A stretch of DNA of 64,000 nt from Mobula hypostoma (lineage: Eukaryota), in contig NC_086097.1 of NCBI RefSeq assembly GCF_963921235.1, forward strand, positions 136,898,001 to 136,962,000, written 5' to 3'. Made by a program: the position numbers and the translations under genes. Of the stretch, positions 26,887 through 40,100 are shown piece by piece (the stretch's first letter is position 1; every line of letters starts with the position of its first letter). A model generated the notes under the pieces. It saw only the letters and a program-made list of their open reading frames with translations, had not been told where the DNA came from and searched no databases.

Positions 26887-27795
26887 TTGGAAATGGGATG
26901 TACAGATAGACATCTAGACAGCATTAGCAACTTCAGGGCAGACAGACCAATCAAATATCTAAAGAATTCAGACTGTCAATTAATATCAGGAAATGTGCAG
27001 CTATGAAAGTTTCATTTTCCCTGTGCAAAATGAAGGGAGACATTCTTTAAAAGTTGGTACTTGTTTTCTTTTATTTACTTGCTCCTTGAACAATGACCAT
27101 TTCATCCAAATAAATTACCTGCTAGATTCTGCCAAGAGCTCATAGGGGAATAGACAAGTTGGGAAAAACTATACAATCTTCATTTAAACTGCTTCACTGG
27201 GTAGCAAATGCACAAATTCATCTTTGCAAGGTTTCTATTCATAGCAGTGCAGCTCTGCATTGCTGCAGCAAGTTTGTATGACAACTCTGCCACAAGTCAT
27301 CTACAAATAAAAAATTGTCCAATGACTTTTGAATCAGTTTCAGTGTGTAACCATTCATATGCTGTTTGATAGTACTTAGACCAAATTAGTTGTTTTTGCT
27401 AAGTACGATACAAATTTCAACAATGCAATGAATCAATCAAACACAAATCGAAATGGTACAGAACGGTTACAACAGTTTTATGCTCTTGGAATGTAACAGA
27501 AACCTGATATGGTAGCACCCTACTAATCTTCAGTAAGATTAGTGATTTAAAATGATCAGTCAACATTTGTACTGCTAAAATACTTAACACTCTGTTAAAT
27601 CTTTTGAAAATTCATTTCTCATTTAATGGCATGAATGCTTTAATTTAGCAACAACATAACCTGATTATTGTTACATAATTTTTTTTAAAAAATCATCTCT
27701 GCTGAAGTCCCTGTTTTTAATCTAGGAGTTGAATCCACTGCCCATTTCATAGGGTTCAAACAGGTGAGATTTTACACCATGTTTACGAGGCTCAT

Positions 27796-28100
27796 CTATT
27801 GGCTCCCCTTTGTTGTGCTTGAAGATGTGCTGCTCCATTTAGAAATGCTCCTTGCGGATCGTCTAACACCTGGTGACTGGATCTCAACTGTTTCCGATTC
27901 ATCGCCGTCCCCCTCAAAAGGATGATCCGACTCCGCACGGCGAGGCTCTGGGTAGGAGGGCTGGGAGTGTGGGTTTGGGTAGGGGTAGGACCCCTGGTAC
28001 ATGTACAGTTCTCGCTCATCATAATGGTCATAGGTTCGATGGGAGTTTGGAGGCAATTGTACTACAGGGACGTCTTGATCGGTTGGATCACTGTATTCAC
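27796..28100 (-). CDS. col14a1: col14a1 terminal exon, long NC1 ([20 protein letters not shown]...[17 protein letters not shown]...KGSQ*)
   Basis: ttaag|GT acceptor in frame with ORF 27796..28056; resembles the recalled chicken collagen XIV NC1 (PTDQDIPVVQLP...SPG). Confidence 0.85.
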
Positions 28101-31100
28101 CTTAACCCACCACCACCACCAACAGTATCCATAGTTAGCACAGGAGGAGAGGCAGAAGATTGAATATGAGCAAGATATTAGAACATTATTTGTAAATTCA
28201 TTAAGCTGTTTGGTGCTTGATGTACATTTTAACAGGTAAATTTAAAATACACAAATGATGAGTAGTGGAGATGACAAAGACAAGTAGAGGTTGTGACGCA
28301 AACACAGTACAACAATGTCCAGCACCAGGGAGATAGGAAGAAAGTCACAAGACAGGGACAAATGGGTTCTTTTTTTCTTAAGTTTTTCCTCGTATGATAG
28401 AAAAGCATGTTTGTTAGATGGTTTGGAATGAATTGGTGACTTTATGATGGTAAAGATGGCATTCATTGGTTTGGTCACTTTGTGTCAGGTTAGATCACAG
28501 CAGCATTTGCTCAGGAAGGACAATGCACCTTTAGACTCCATACATTTGCAAGTAGCAATCTGAAGGAATTGAAGTCAACCAAGTAACAAGATGCACATGA
28601 TATCCCTTCTCAGTAAGGACAATCAGAGAGCAATTAATGATAGCAAGGTTGGTGCCTCTTAAATAAGTGAAGCTGCATTTTAATTTCCTTTCATCATTAA
28701 AACAGATGAATAGTGAACAATGAAAGCAATTTAGTTTCAAAAACTGGTAGGTCATTGTTAGCTTGATTAGTTTATAAAAAGTGATTAAAGGCCGTGTTCC
28801 AGCCATGGTAGCCTTGATACAAAAGTGTTTGTATCTGGTTTAAGTGGAAAGGTAAAAGCTGGTAATATCTGTTTGATGGTGGTTACTAAACCTGGATGAG
28901 GCAAGATTGACAGAACGTTTGCCCCACGACTCTACACCAGTCCAACATGACAGTGAACACTGAGAAGATCAGCTAGTACCTTGTTCCTAGTTGATAATCA
29001 CTGTAAACTTCTTGAGCTTCAAATTATTGCCAGAATAGATGGGGTTGGTGTGGAAGAGAAGACAAGGAAAAACAGAAACCCATTTAACAGTCAGTATAAA
29101 AAACACAAACACAAGCAAGCAAATGCTAAAATAACTTTCACACTTGTTTTGAAAAGAGCAGCCAAAGGGGTGATTTATTGTGTAAATTTATTTTTCAATT
29201 CGCATTGCCTGAATCTTGTGTTAAAGTCAATCTCTGCCCACTAAGTATGTAATTTACAGTATATTTATTGTTATAGAATTACTTAAGGTGCCCTGAAACA
29301 AGACCTTAAAATATAGGAACAGAATCAGGCCATTCAGTCATAAAGTCTACTCAGCCAGTTCATTCTACTACCTTCTCCCCGTAACCTTTCGTACCCCAAC
29401 TAATCAAGACCCTATCAAACTCTGCCTTAAATACACCCAATAACCTGGCCCCCACGGCCACCACTAGCAACAAATTCCATAGATTCACCACCCTTTGGCA
29501 GAAGAAATTCCTCCTCATTTCCATTCAAAATGGACGTCTCTTTCTGAGGCTGTGTCCTCTGGACCATAAGAAATAGGAGCTGAATTAGGCCATTCAGCCC
29601 ATCATGTCTGCTCCACCATTCCATCATGGTTGATCCTGGATCCCACTCAACCCCATACACCTACCTTCTCTCCATAACCTTTGATGCCCTGACCAATCAA
29701 AAAACTATCAACTTTCGCTTTAAATATACACACGGTCTTAGCCTTGGCAGCTATCTGTGGCACAGCTTTCCACAGATTCACTACTCTCTGGCTTAAAAAA
29801 AATCCTCCTTACTTCTGTTCTAAAGACCTTAAGACATAGGAGCAGAATTAGGCCATTCGGCCCATCGAGTCTATTCTGCCATTCAACTATGGCTGATCCC
29901 TTTTACCCCCTCCTCAGCCCCACTCCCTGCCGTTCTCCCCATAACCATTGATGCTGTGTCCAGTCCAGAACCTATCAAGCTCTGCCTTAAATACACCCAA
30001 CAACCTGGCCTCCACAGCTGCCTGTGGGAACAAATTCCACAAATTGATCCTAGACTCCCCCACCGTAGGAAACATCCTCTCCACATCCACTGACTAGGCC
30101 TTTCAACATTCGATAGGTTTCAGTGAGATTCTTCCCCCCCCCCCCATTCTTCTAAATCCCAGAGCCACCAATCGCTCCTCATATGATAAGCCTTTCAATC
30201 CTGGAATCATGAACCTCCTCTAAACCCTCTCCAATGCCAGCACATTCTTTCTTAAATAAGGGGCCCAAAACTGCTCTCAATACTCCAAGTAAGGTCTCCC
30301 CTGAACCTTCTAACACCTCAGCATTACATCCTTGCTTTTATATTCTAGTCCTCTCAAAATGAATGCTAACATTGCATTTGCCTTCCTCACCATCGAATCA
30401 ACCTTTAGGGAATCCTGCACAAGAACTTCCAAGTCCTTTGCACCTCAAAATTTGGATTGTTTTTTAAACAGAGAAAAATCGAAGTCTCTATTCCTTCCGC
30501 CAAAGTGCAGCACCATACATTTCCCGACACTGTATTCCATCTACCACTTCTTGCCCATTCTCCTAATCTGTACATATCCTTCTGCAGCCTCCTGCCTCCT
30601 CAACACTACCTGCACCTCCACCAATCTTTGTATCATCTGCATATTTGGCCACAAAGCCATCAATTCCATCATCCAAATCACTGAAGTACAATATAAAAAG
30701 AATCAGTCCCAAAACAGACTCCAGTGGAACACCACTAGTCACTGCCAGCCAACCAGAAATAGAACATAGAATAGTACAGCACAGTACAGGCCCTTCAGCC
30801 CACAATGTTGTGCTGACCCTCAAACCCTGCCTCCCATATAACCCCACACCTTAAATTCCTCCATATACCTGTCTAGTAGTCTCTCAAACTTCATGAGTGT
30901 GTCTGCCTCCACCACTGACTCAGGCAGTGCATTCCACACACCAACCACTCTCTGAGTAAAAAACCTTCCTCTAATATCCCCCTTGAACTTCCCACCCCTT
31001 ACCTTAAAGCTATGTCCTCTTGTATTGAGCAGTGGTGCCCTAGGGAAGAGGCGCTGGCTATCCACTCTATCTATTCCTCTTATTATCTTGTACACCTCTA

Positions 31101-34100
31101 TCATGTCTCCTCTCATCCTCCTTCTCTCCAGAGAGTAAAGCCCTAGGTCCCTTAATCTCTGATCATAATGCATACTCTCTAAACCAGGCAGCATCCTGGT
31201 AAATCTCCTCTGTACCCTTTCCAATGCTTCCACATCCTTCCTATAGTGAGGCGACCAGAACTGGACACAGTACTCCAAGTGTGGCCTAACCAGAGTTTTA
31301 TAGAGCTGCATGATTACATCGCAACTCTTAAACTCTATCCCTCGATTTACGAAAGCTAACACCCCATAAGCTTTCTTAACTACCCTATCTACCTGTGAGG
31401 CAACTTTCAGGGATCTGTGGACATGTACCCCCAGATCCCTCTGCTCCTCTACACTACCAAGTATTCTGCCATTTACTTTGTACTCTGCCTTGGAGTATGT
31501 CCTTCCAAAGTGTACCACCTCACACTTCTCTGGGTTGAACTCCATCTGCCACTTCTCAGCCCACTTCTGCATCCTATCAATGTCTCTCTGCAATCTTCGA
31601 CAATCCTCTACACCATCTACAACACCACCAACCTTTGTGTCGTCTGCAAACTTGCCAACCCACCCTTCTACCCCCACATCCAGGTCGTTAATAAAAATCA
31701 TGAAAAGTAGAGGTCCCAGAACAGATCCTTGTGGGACACCACTAGTCACAATCCTCCAATCTGAATGTACTCCCTCCACCACCACCCTCTGCCTTCTGCA
31801 GGCAAGCCAATTCTGAATCCACCTGGCCAAACTTCCCTGGATTCCATGCCTTCTGACTTTCTGAATGAGCCTACCATATGAAATCTTGTCAAATGCCTGA
31901 CTAAAATCCATATAGATCACATCTACTGTACTACCCTCATCTATATGCCTGGCCACCTCCTCAAAGGACTCTATCAGGCTTGTTAGACACGATTTGCCCT
32001 TCACAAAGCCATGCTAACTGTCCATGATCAGACCATGATTCTCTAAATGCCCATAGATCCTATCTCTAAGAATCTTTTCCAACAGCTTTCCCACCACTGA
32101 CGCAAGGCTCACTGGTCTATAATTACCCAGACTATCACTGCTACCTTTTTTTGAACAAGGGGACAACATTCGCCTCCCTCCAATCCTCCGGTACCATTCC
32201 CGTGGACAACGAGGACATAAAGATCCTAGCCAGAGGCTCAGCAATCTCTTCCCTCGCCTCATGGAGCAGCCTGGGGAATATTCCGTCAGACCCCGCGGAC
32301 TTACCCGTCTTAATGTATTTTAACAACTCCAACACCTCCTCTCCCTTAACATCAACATGCTCCAGAACATCAACCTCGCTCATATTGTCCTCACCATCAT
32401 CAAGTTCCCTCTCATTGGTGAATACCGAACAGAAGTATTCATTGAGGACCTCGCTCACTTCCACAGCCTCCAGGCACATCTTCCCACCTTTATCTCTAAT
32501 CGGTCCTACCTTCACTCCTGTCATCCTTTTGTTCTTCACATAATTGAAGAGTGCCTTGGGGTTTTCCTTTACCCTACTTGCCAAGGCCTTCTCATGCCCC
32601 CTTCTTGCTCTTCTCAACCCCTTCTTAAGCTCCTTTCTTGCTTCCCTATATTCCTCAATAGACCCATCTGATCCTTGCTTCCTAAACCTCATGTATGCTG
32701 CCTTCTTCCACCTGACTAGATTTTCCACCTCACTTGTCACCCATGATTCCTTCACCCTACCATTCTTTATCTTCCTCACCAGGACAAATTTATCCCTAAC
32801 ATCCTGCAAGAGATCTCTAAAAATCGATCACATGTCCATAGTACATTTCCCTGTAAAAACATCATCCCAACTCACACCCACAAGTTCTAGCCTTATAGCC
32901 TCATAGCCTCATAATTTGCCCTTCCCCAATTAAAAATTTTCCTGTCCTCTCTGATTCTATCCTTTTCCATGACAATGCTAAAGGCCAGGGAGCGGTGGTC
33001 ACTGTCCCCCAGATGCTCACCCACTGAGAGTTATGTGACCTGACCCGGTTCATTACCTAGTACTAGATCTAGTATGGCATTCCCCCTGGTCGGCCTGTCC
33101 ACATACTGTGACAGGAATCCGTCCTGGACATACTTACCAAACTCTGCCCCATCTAAACCCTTGGAACTAATCAGGTGCCAATCAATATTAGGGAAGTTAA
33201 AGTCACCCATAATAACAACCCTGTTATTTTTGCACCCTTCCAAAATCTGCCTCCCAATCTGCTCCTCTGTATCTCTGCTGCTACCAGGGGGCCTATAGAA
33301 TACCCCCAATAGAGTAACTGCTCCCTTCCTGTTCCTGACTTCCACCCATACTGACTCAAAAGAGGATCCTGCTACATTACCCACCCTTTCTGTAGCTGTA
33401 ATAGTATCCCTGACCAGTAATGCAAACCCTCCTCCCCTTTTTCCGCCCTCCCTATCCCTTTTAAAGCACTGAAATCCAGGAATATTGAGAATACAATCCT
33501 GCCCTGGTGCCAGCCAAGTCTCTGTAATGGCCAATGCATCATAATTCCACGTATGTATCCAAGCTCTCAGTTCATCACCTTTGTTCCTGATGCTTCTTGC
33601 ATTGAAGAGCATGCACTTTGGCCCTTCTACCCTCCTACCTTTACACCCTTTATTCTGCTTCTCTTTCCCCAAAGCCTCTCTATATGTTAGATCTGGCTTT
33701 ACTCCATGCACTTCTTTTACTGCCCTTTCACTCAGGGTCCCATCCCCCTTGCAAATTAGTTTAAACCCAAAATGGCTCCCTTTATTCCACTCTGCCTCCT
33801 GCCAATCAGCCAGTGCTCTACCAACGCTAGTATTTTTCCTGTAATCCCATGGGCTCTATTTTATTAATCAGCCTCGCATGCAGCACCTTGTCAAAGGCCT
33901 TCTGAAAATCCAAGTATGCCATATCCACTGATTCTCCTTTATCTATCCTGCTTGTTATTTCCTCAAAGACTTCCAACAGATTTGTCAGGCAAGATTTTAC
34001 CTTAAGGAAACTATGCTGACTTTAAGCTACTTTATCATGTTCCTCCAAGTTCCCCGAAACTGGTGCATAGTAGTAGCTACGCTGCCCTTACCTACATTTG

Positions 34101-37100
34101 ATTAACCTGATCACCACTGTTTTCTGTTGTATAGGCCATCTGTCTACCCACCCCCACCCCCATGACTCTATGCTGTTTCCCTCAATCACACTTTGAGGTG
34201 GCATGTTTCATTTATTGTTACAGTAACAGAGCTGTAGATTCTTTGACTTTTAACCCCTTTGTTGCTATTTTTTAATAAATGGTCTTTTTTTAGCAGAGGA
34301 AAAGAACTTAGAATGAATTTAGAACAAAGAACGTAAAAGTCTCAGGACATTGCTGCAGAGAAGCTTCATGCATTTCAGCGGGTGCATTACTTACAAATGC
34401 AGTGTACTTTAATTGTTTTACCTATGCTCCATCGGTAACAGCGATAGACACAGTACTAACCGCTGCAGCTTATACAGTAGTATGCAAAAGTTTGGGCACC
34501 CCCGGTCAAAATTTCTGTTACTGTGAATAGCTAAGCGAGTAAAAGATGAACTGATTTCCAGTAGGCATAAAGTTAAAGATGACATATTTCTTTAATATTT
34601 TAAGCAAAACTTTTTTATTTCCATCTTTTACAGTTTCAAAATAACAAAAAAATAAAAGAGCCCGAAGCAAAAGTTTGGGCACCCTGCATGGTCAGTACTT
34701 AGTAACACCCCCTTTGGCAAATATCACAGTTTGTAAATGCTTTCTGTACCCAGCTATGAGTCTTTCAATTCTTGTTTGGGAGATTTTCACCCATTCCTCC
34801 TTGCAAAAGGCATCTAGTTCTGTGAGGTTCTTGGGCCGTCTTGCATGCACTGCTCTTTTGAGGTCTATCCACAGATTCTCGATGATGTTTAGAGCAGGGG
34901 ACTGTGAGGGCCATGGAAAAACCTTCAGCTTGAGTCTCTTGAGGTAGTCCATCGTGGATCCTGAGGTGTGTTTAGGATCATTATCCTGTTGTAGAAGCCA
35001 TCATCTTTTCACCTTCGGCTTTTTTTTACAGACGATAGGATGTTTGCTTCCAGAATTTGCTGGTATTTAATTGAATTCATTCTACCCTCTACCAGTAAAT
35101 GTTGAACTTATGAATCCTGGACTTATTTCCTGGCATAATTTACATATTACTATTTAACTATTTATGGTTTTATTACTATTTAATTATTTATGGTGCAACT
35201 GTAACGAAAACCAATTTCCCCTGGGATCAATGAAGTATGACTATGTTCCCCGTGCCACTGGCTGCAACACAAGCCCAAAGCATGATCGATCCACCCCCGT
35301 GCTTAACGGTTGGAGAGGGGTTCTTTTCATGAAATTCTACACCCTTTTTTCTCCAAACATACCTTTGCTCATTGTGGCCAAAATTCAGTGTCAGAAGTTT
35401 GCAAAGGAACATCTAAACTAGCCTGATGCATTTTGGAAACAAGTCCTGTGGACTGATGAAGTTAAAATAGAACTTTTTGGCTGCAATGAGCAAAGGTATG
35501 TTTGGAGAAAAATGGGTGCAGAATTTCATGAAAAGAACCCCTCTCCAACTGTTAAGCACAGGGGTGGATCGATCATGCTTTGGGCTTGTGCTGCAGCCAG
35601 TGGCACGGGGAACATTTCACTGGCAGAGGGAAGAATGAATTCAATTAAATACCAGCAAATTCTGGAAGCAAACATCACACCATCTGTAAAAAAGCCGAAG
35701 ATGAAAAGAGGATGGCTTCTACAACAGGATAATAGTTCTAAGCACACCTCAAAATCCACGATGGATTACCTCAAGGGGTGCAAGCTGAAGGTTTTGCCAT
35801 GGCCCTCACAGTCCCCCGACCTAAACATCATTGAAAATCTGTGGATAGACCTCAAAAGAACAGTGCATGCAAGATGGCCCTAGAATCTCACAGAACTAGA
35901 AGCCTTTTGCAAGGAGGAATGGGTGAAAATCCCCCAAACAAGAACTGAAAGACTCTTAGCTGGCTACAGAAAGCGTTTACAAGCTGTGATACTTGCCAAA
36001 GGGGGTGTTACTAAGTACTGACCATGCAGGGTGCCCAAACTTTTGCTTTTCCTTTTTTGTTATTTTGAAACTGTAAAAGATGGAAATAAAAAAGTCTTCT
36101 TGCTTAAAATGTTAAGGGAATGTGTCATCTTTAACTTTATGCCTTTTGGAAATCCGGTCATCTTTTACCCGCTTAGCTATTCACAGTAACAGAAACTTTG
36201 ACCTGGGTGCCCAAACTTTTGCATGCCACTGTACAACCAAAACAAAGCTGTGCCTCAGCAGGGAAAGCAGCAACAGATTTGTTTGTATCTGAAGCTTAAG
36301 GCTTAAAATCAGTGACACCAACAAAAAAGACAAAATACAAAAGGGCAAACTTAGCGTTTCCTGACATTTTTTGCTCTGCAAAACGGAGGCATAGCAACCA
36401 GAGCAGCGGTAAGGTGCAGGAGCACAGGCAGTAAGTAGTATGCCCTACCTCCAATATTGTAGCCAGCACAGGTAGAGGCATCACAGTAACCTGGTGGTCC
36501 AGGTGGTCCTCTTTGTCCTCTAGGTCCTGTACGTCCCGAGCTACCTTGTTGTCCTGGGAGCCCCGGAGGTCCTTGGCGCCCAGTCCGTCCCTCACCCTGA
36601 GGGCCTGTAATAGAGACGGAGATGAACACAGCAGGTTTAGACACAAGTGAACAGTTGCTTCACACTTCACCTCTCTATTGTTGATCCTGCCTTTAGCTGC
36701 CTGGTTCCACAATTCCTTCATTAGCTTCTGCATCTCACTGTTTCTCCTTCTTTAAGATACTTACTAATACTTACCTCTGACCAAACCTTTTCTCATCTGT
36801 TCTAATGCAGGGGTCCCCAATCTTTTTTGCACCACAGGCCAGTTTAATATTGACAATATTCTTGCAGACCGGCCGACCGGGGGTGGGTGTTCAAGTAGGG
36901 TTAAAGCTCACCTCAACATGTCTTTTACAGTTAGTATTGCCAACTTTCTCACCCAAGTAAAGGACAAAAGTAGCAGTCAAATACGGGACGCTTGAGTTTA
37001 CCCCGAGAAAGATGACCATGACCATGAATCCTTGCGCGGGCACCTGTGTATACATGCTGATATTTTTCCACAAATCGGTTTTGCCTTAATCTTCCTTACT

Positions 37101-40100
37101 ATACTGTACATACATTATTTCTACTTTATATAGGCTGTGTATTTATCATATCATTCCTGCTTTTACTATATGTTAGTGTTACTTTAGGTTTCATGTGTTA
37201 CTTGGTATGATTTGGTAGGTTATTTTTTGGGTCTGGGAATGCTCAAAAATTTTCCCATATAAATTAATGGCAATTGCTTCTTCGTTTTACGCCATTTCAG
37301 CACAAAAGGTTTCATAGGAACGCTCTATCTTAGTGGGGGAAATACGGGTCAAGGGTGGTCCCGTATGGGACAAACCAATTTAGCCCAATATACGGGATGT
37401 CCCGGCAAATACGGGACAGTTGGCCACCCTACGTTCGAGTTCAACAGTGCATGACAGGGAATGAGGAGAGGTGCAGCTGACTCACATCGTTTCCTCACAG
37501 CCCGGTAGCACATGCTTTGCAGCCCCGTACGGGTCTGCAGCCCGGTGGTTGGGGACCACTGTTCTAATGTCATGGTCAAATTCTGAACATCTCAGTCCCA
37601 CTCCCATTCAGTCTGGCTATCCACTGATGTCTTGTGGAACACAGGAGAAGTTAAGCGAGGGTAAGAATGACAATGGCAGTGATGTCCCTGTGAAACCAAT
37701 TAGCTTCCTGCCATGACAACTAACTGGATTGACGTGACACCTCTCGCTTTTAAAACATCCCTCCAGGATGGAATTCCAGAGCCAGAATCAAGACAATGGA
37801 AGGCGTGGCTGTCATTGGTAGAGTGATTAAAGACATACATAGAACGGTCACCAGGCTGGAGGGGGTTATAAAGGTAGGGACTAAACTGTAGAGGAATTTT
37901 TAAAAAGAATGAGGATTTGAATCTGCTGCGCTGTTTAACAGGAGCTGGTGAAAGTCAGCCAGCACGGGGCAAATGGGTAATCAGATCTTGCTGCCTGTGT
38001 TCAAAGTTCAAAGTAAAGTTATTATCAAATAAAATATATCACTATATACAACACTATAACTTTCTTGTGGGCACACTCAGTAAATCCAAGAACCATAATA
38101 AATTCAGTGAAAGACTGCACACAACAGGACGGACAAGCAATCAATGTGCAAAAGGTAACAAACTGTGCAAATACAAATGAAAAATGAAAAATAATAAATG
38201 AGCAATAAATATCCAGAAGAGAAGATGAAGAGTCCTTGAAAGCGAGTCCATAGGCTGTGGGAACATTTCTGTGTTGGGGTAAGTGAAGTGACCCCATTGG
38301 TTCAAATCCTGATGGTTGAGGGGTTCCTCACCCTGATGATGTGAGTACTGAGGCTTCTACACTTTCCTGGTGGCAACAGCAAGAAGAGAGCAAGACCTGG
38401 GTGTGAGGAGCCCTGATGATGGATGCTGCTTTCCAGGTAGATGTGCTCAAGGGTGGGGAGGGTTCTACCCATGATGGACTCTGGACTTTTTGTAGAATTT
38501 ACCGTTCAAAGGCATTGGTGTCTCCATACCAGGATGTGATGCAGCCATGTCAATGTACTATCCACCACACATCGATTGAGGTTTATCAAAGTTTTAGATG
38601 TCATGCTGAATCCTCACAAACTTCTTTGCTTTCTTTGTAACTGCACTTACGTGCTGGGCCCAGGACAGGTCCTCTGAAATGAGAACGCCGAGGAATTTAA
38701 AGTTGCTGACCCTCTCTACCTCTGACCGCCCCCCCGATTAGGGCTCACAGTCCCCTGGTTTCCTCCCGCTGAAGTTAATAATCAGCTCCTTGGTCCTCCT
38801 GACATTGAGTGAGAGGTTGCTTCAAAGTTCAAATTACATTTATTAAAGTATGTATACAACCTTGAGATTCGTCTCCTTACGGCAGCAACAAAACAAAGAA
38901 ACCCAACAGAACCCATTTTAAAAAAGATCGTCAAACAGCCAGTGTGCAAAAAGAAAACAAAGGTAAGCAAATAACATTTGCAACTGAATTTCACGAAAGT
39001 GAGTTCACAGCCACAAAGCTGCCACAACCAATGCAGGAGCCTGTTAGTTGCAGGCCACAGCCTCAGTTCAGTGCAGAGGTGAGTAAACCTCGCGGAGCAG
39101 TGAGCTGAACACTGGCCTGTCCCTTGCCTCCGGCCCCAACACCCAGACATTTTCAATCTAGCCCAAGATTTAAATCAGCCTCACTCTCAGACCCGGGACC
39201 CACCGCTTCGATACCCTCGGGCCCGGAATCCACCACTTCGATTCGGCCCGCCGTACCCGACCTTTTCAACTCGGCCAGGTATTTAAATCGGTCAAACTTG
39301 GGCTTGTTCCACCCTCTTAGGCCCAGGCCTCACCTCGACTCTGCCGCTTCTGATTGCAGCAGTGGCCAAACATTAGCTCTTACCCTGCTCTCAGACCCAG
39401 GCCCCACGGCCTCGATTCGGCCCATAACACATCGTCCTGAACCTTCAAGACCTCAAGTCACACCGCAAAAATGCCAGCTTGTACAGGCACTTCACAAGGG
39501 AAGTTACAGGCTATTGCTATAGTGATCATTTGAGAAAAAGTGAGAGGAATAAAGTTCACAGTGATGTCTGCTTGCAGCACCACCTTAATCTGGAAAAACA
39601 GTTTAAAATGGCGCCACTCAGCCAGATTTTCAATCTCTCTCCTATATGCTCATTTGTCACCACCTTTGATTCAGCCAAAGGCAGTATGTCACTGATGCTG
39701 TGCTTAGCCACAGTCATTAGTGTAAGTGAATAGAGCAAGGGGCTAAGCATACAGGTGCACCTGTGATGATGGAGATTCTGGAGGAGATGTGCCAGTCCAG
39801 ACTGACTGGGGTCTGCAAGTGACGAAATCAAGGATCCAATTGCACAAGGAGGTATTGAGGCCAAGATCTTGAAGCTTATTGATTAGTTTTGAAGAGATGA
39901 TAGTACTGAATGCCAAGCTGTAGTCAATGAAGAGCATCCTGATGTATGTATCTTTGCTGTCCAGATGTTCCAGGGTTGAGCAAAGAGTCAATGAAATGGC
40001 ATCTGCTGTGGTCCTGTTGTGACAGTAGGCAAATTGGAGTGGATCCAAGACACTTCTCAGGCAGGAGTTGATATGTTTCAACACCAGCCTCTGAAAACAC

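Noticed and set aside
35512..35883. Tc1 transposase ORF as a functional gene
   Set aside because: Lacks the N-terminal paired/homeo DNA-binding domain and has premature stops (35419-35421 and 35881-35883)
36351..36448. Read-through of the penultimate exon into the intron ([15 protein letters not shown]) as another C-terminus
   Set aside because: No recognisable homology, and a usable GT donor at 36448 explains the structure. It cannot be excluded without RNA data.
39124..39522. Pro/Ser-rich 132-aa ORF
   Set aside because: Lies in a GC-rich, internally repeated segment of an inserted repeat; no splice or homology support
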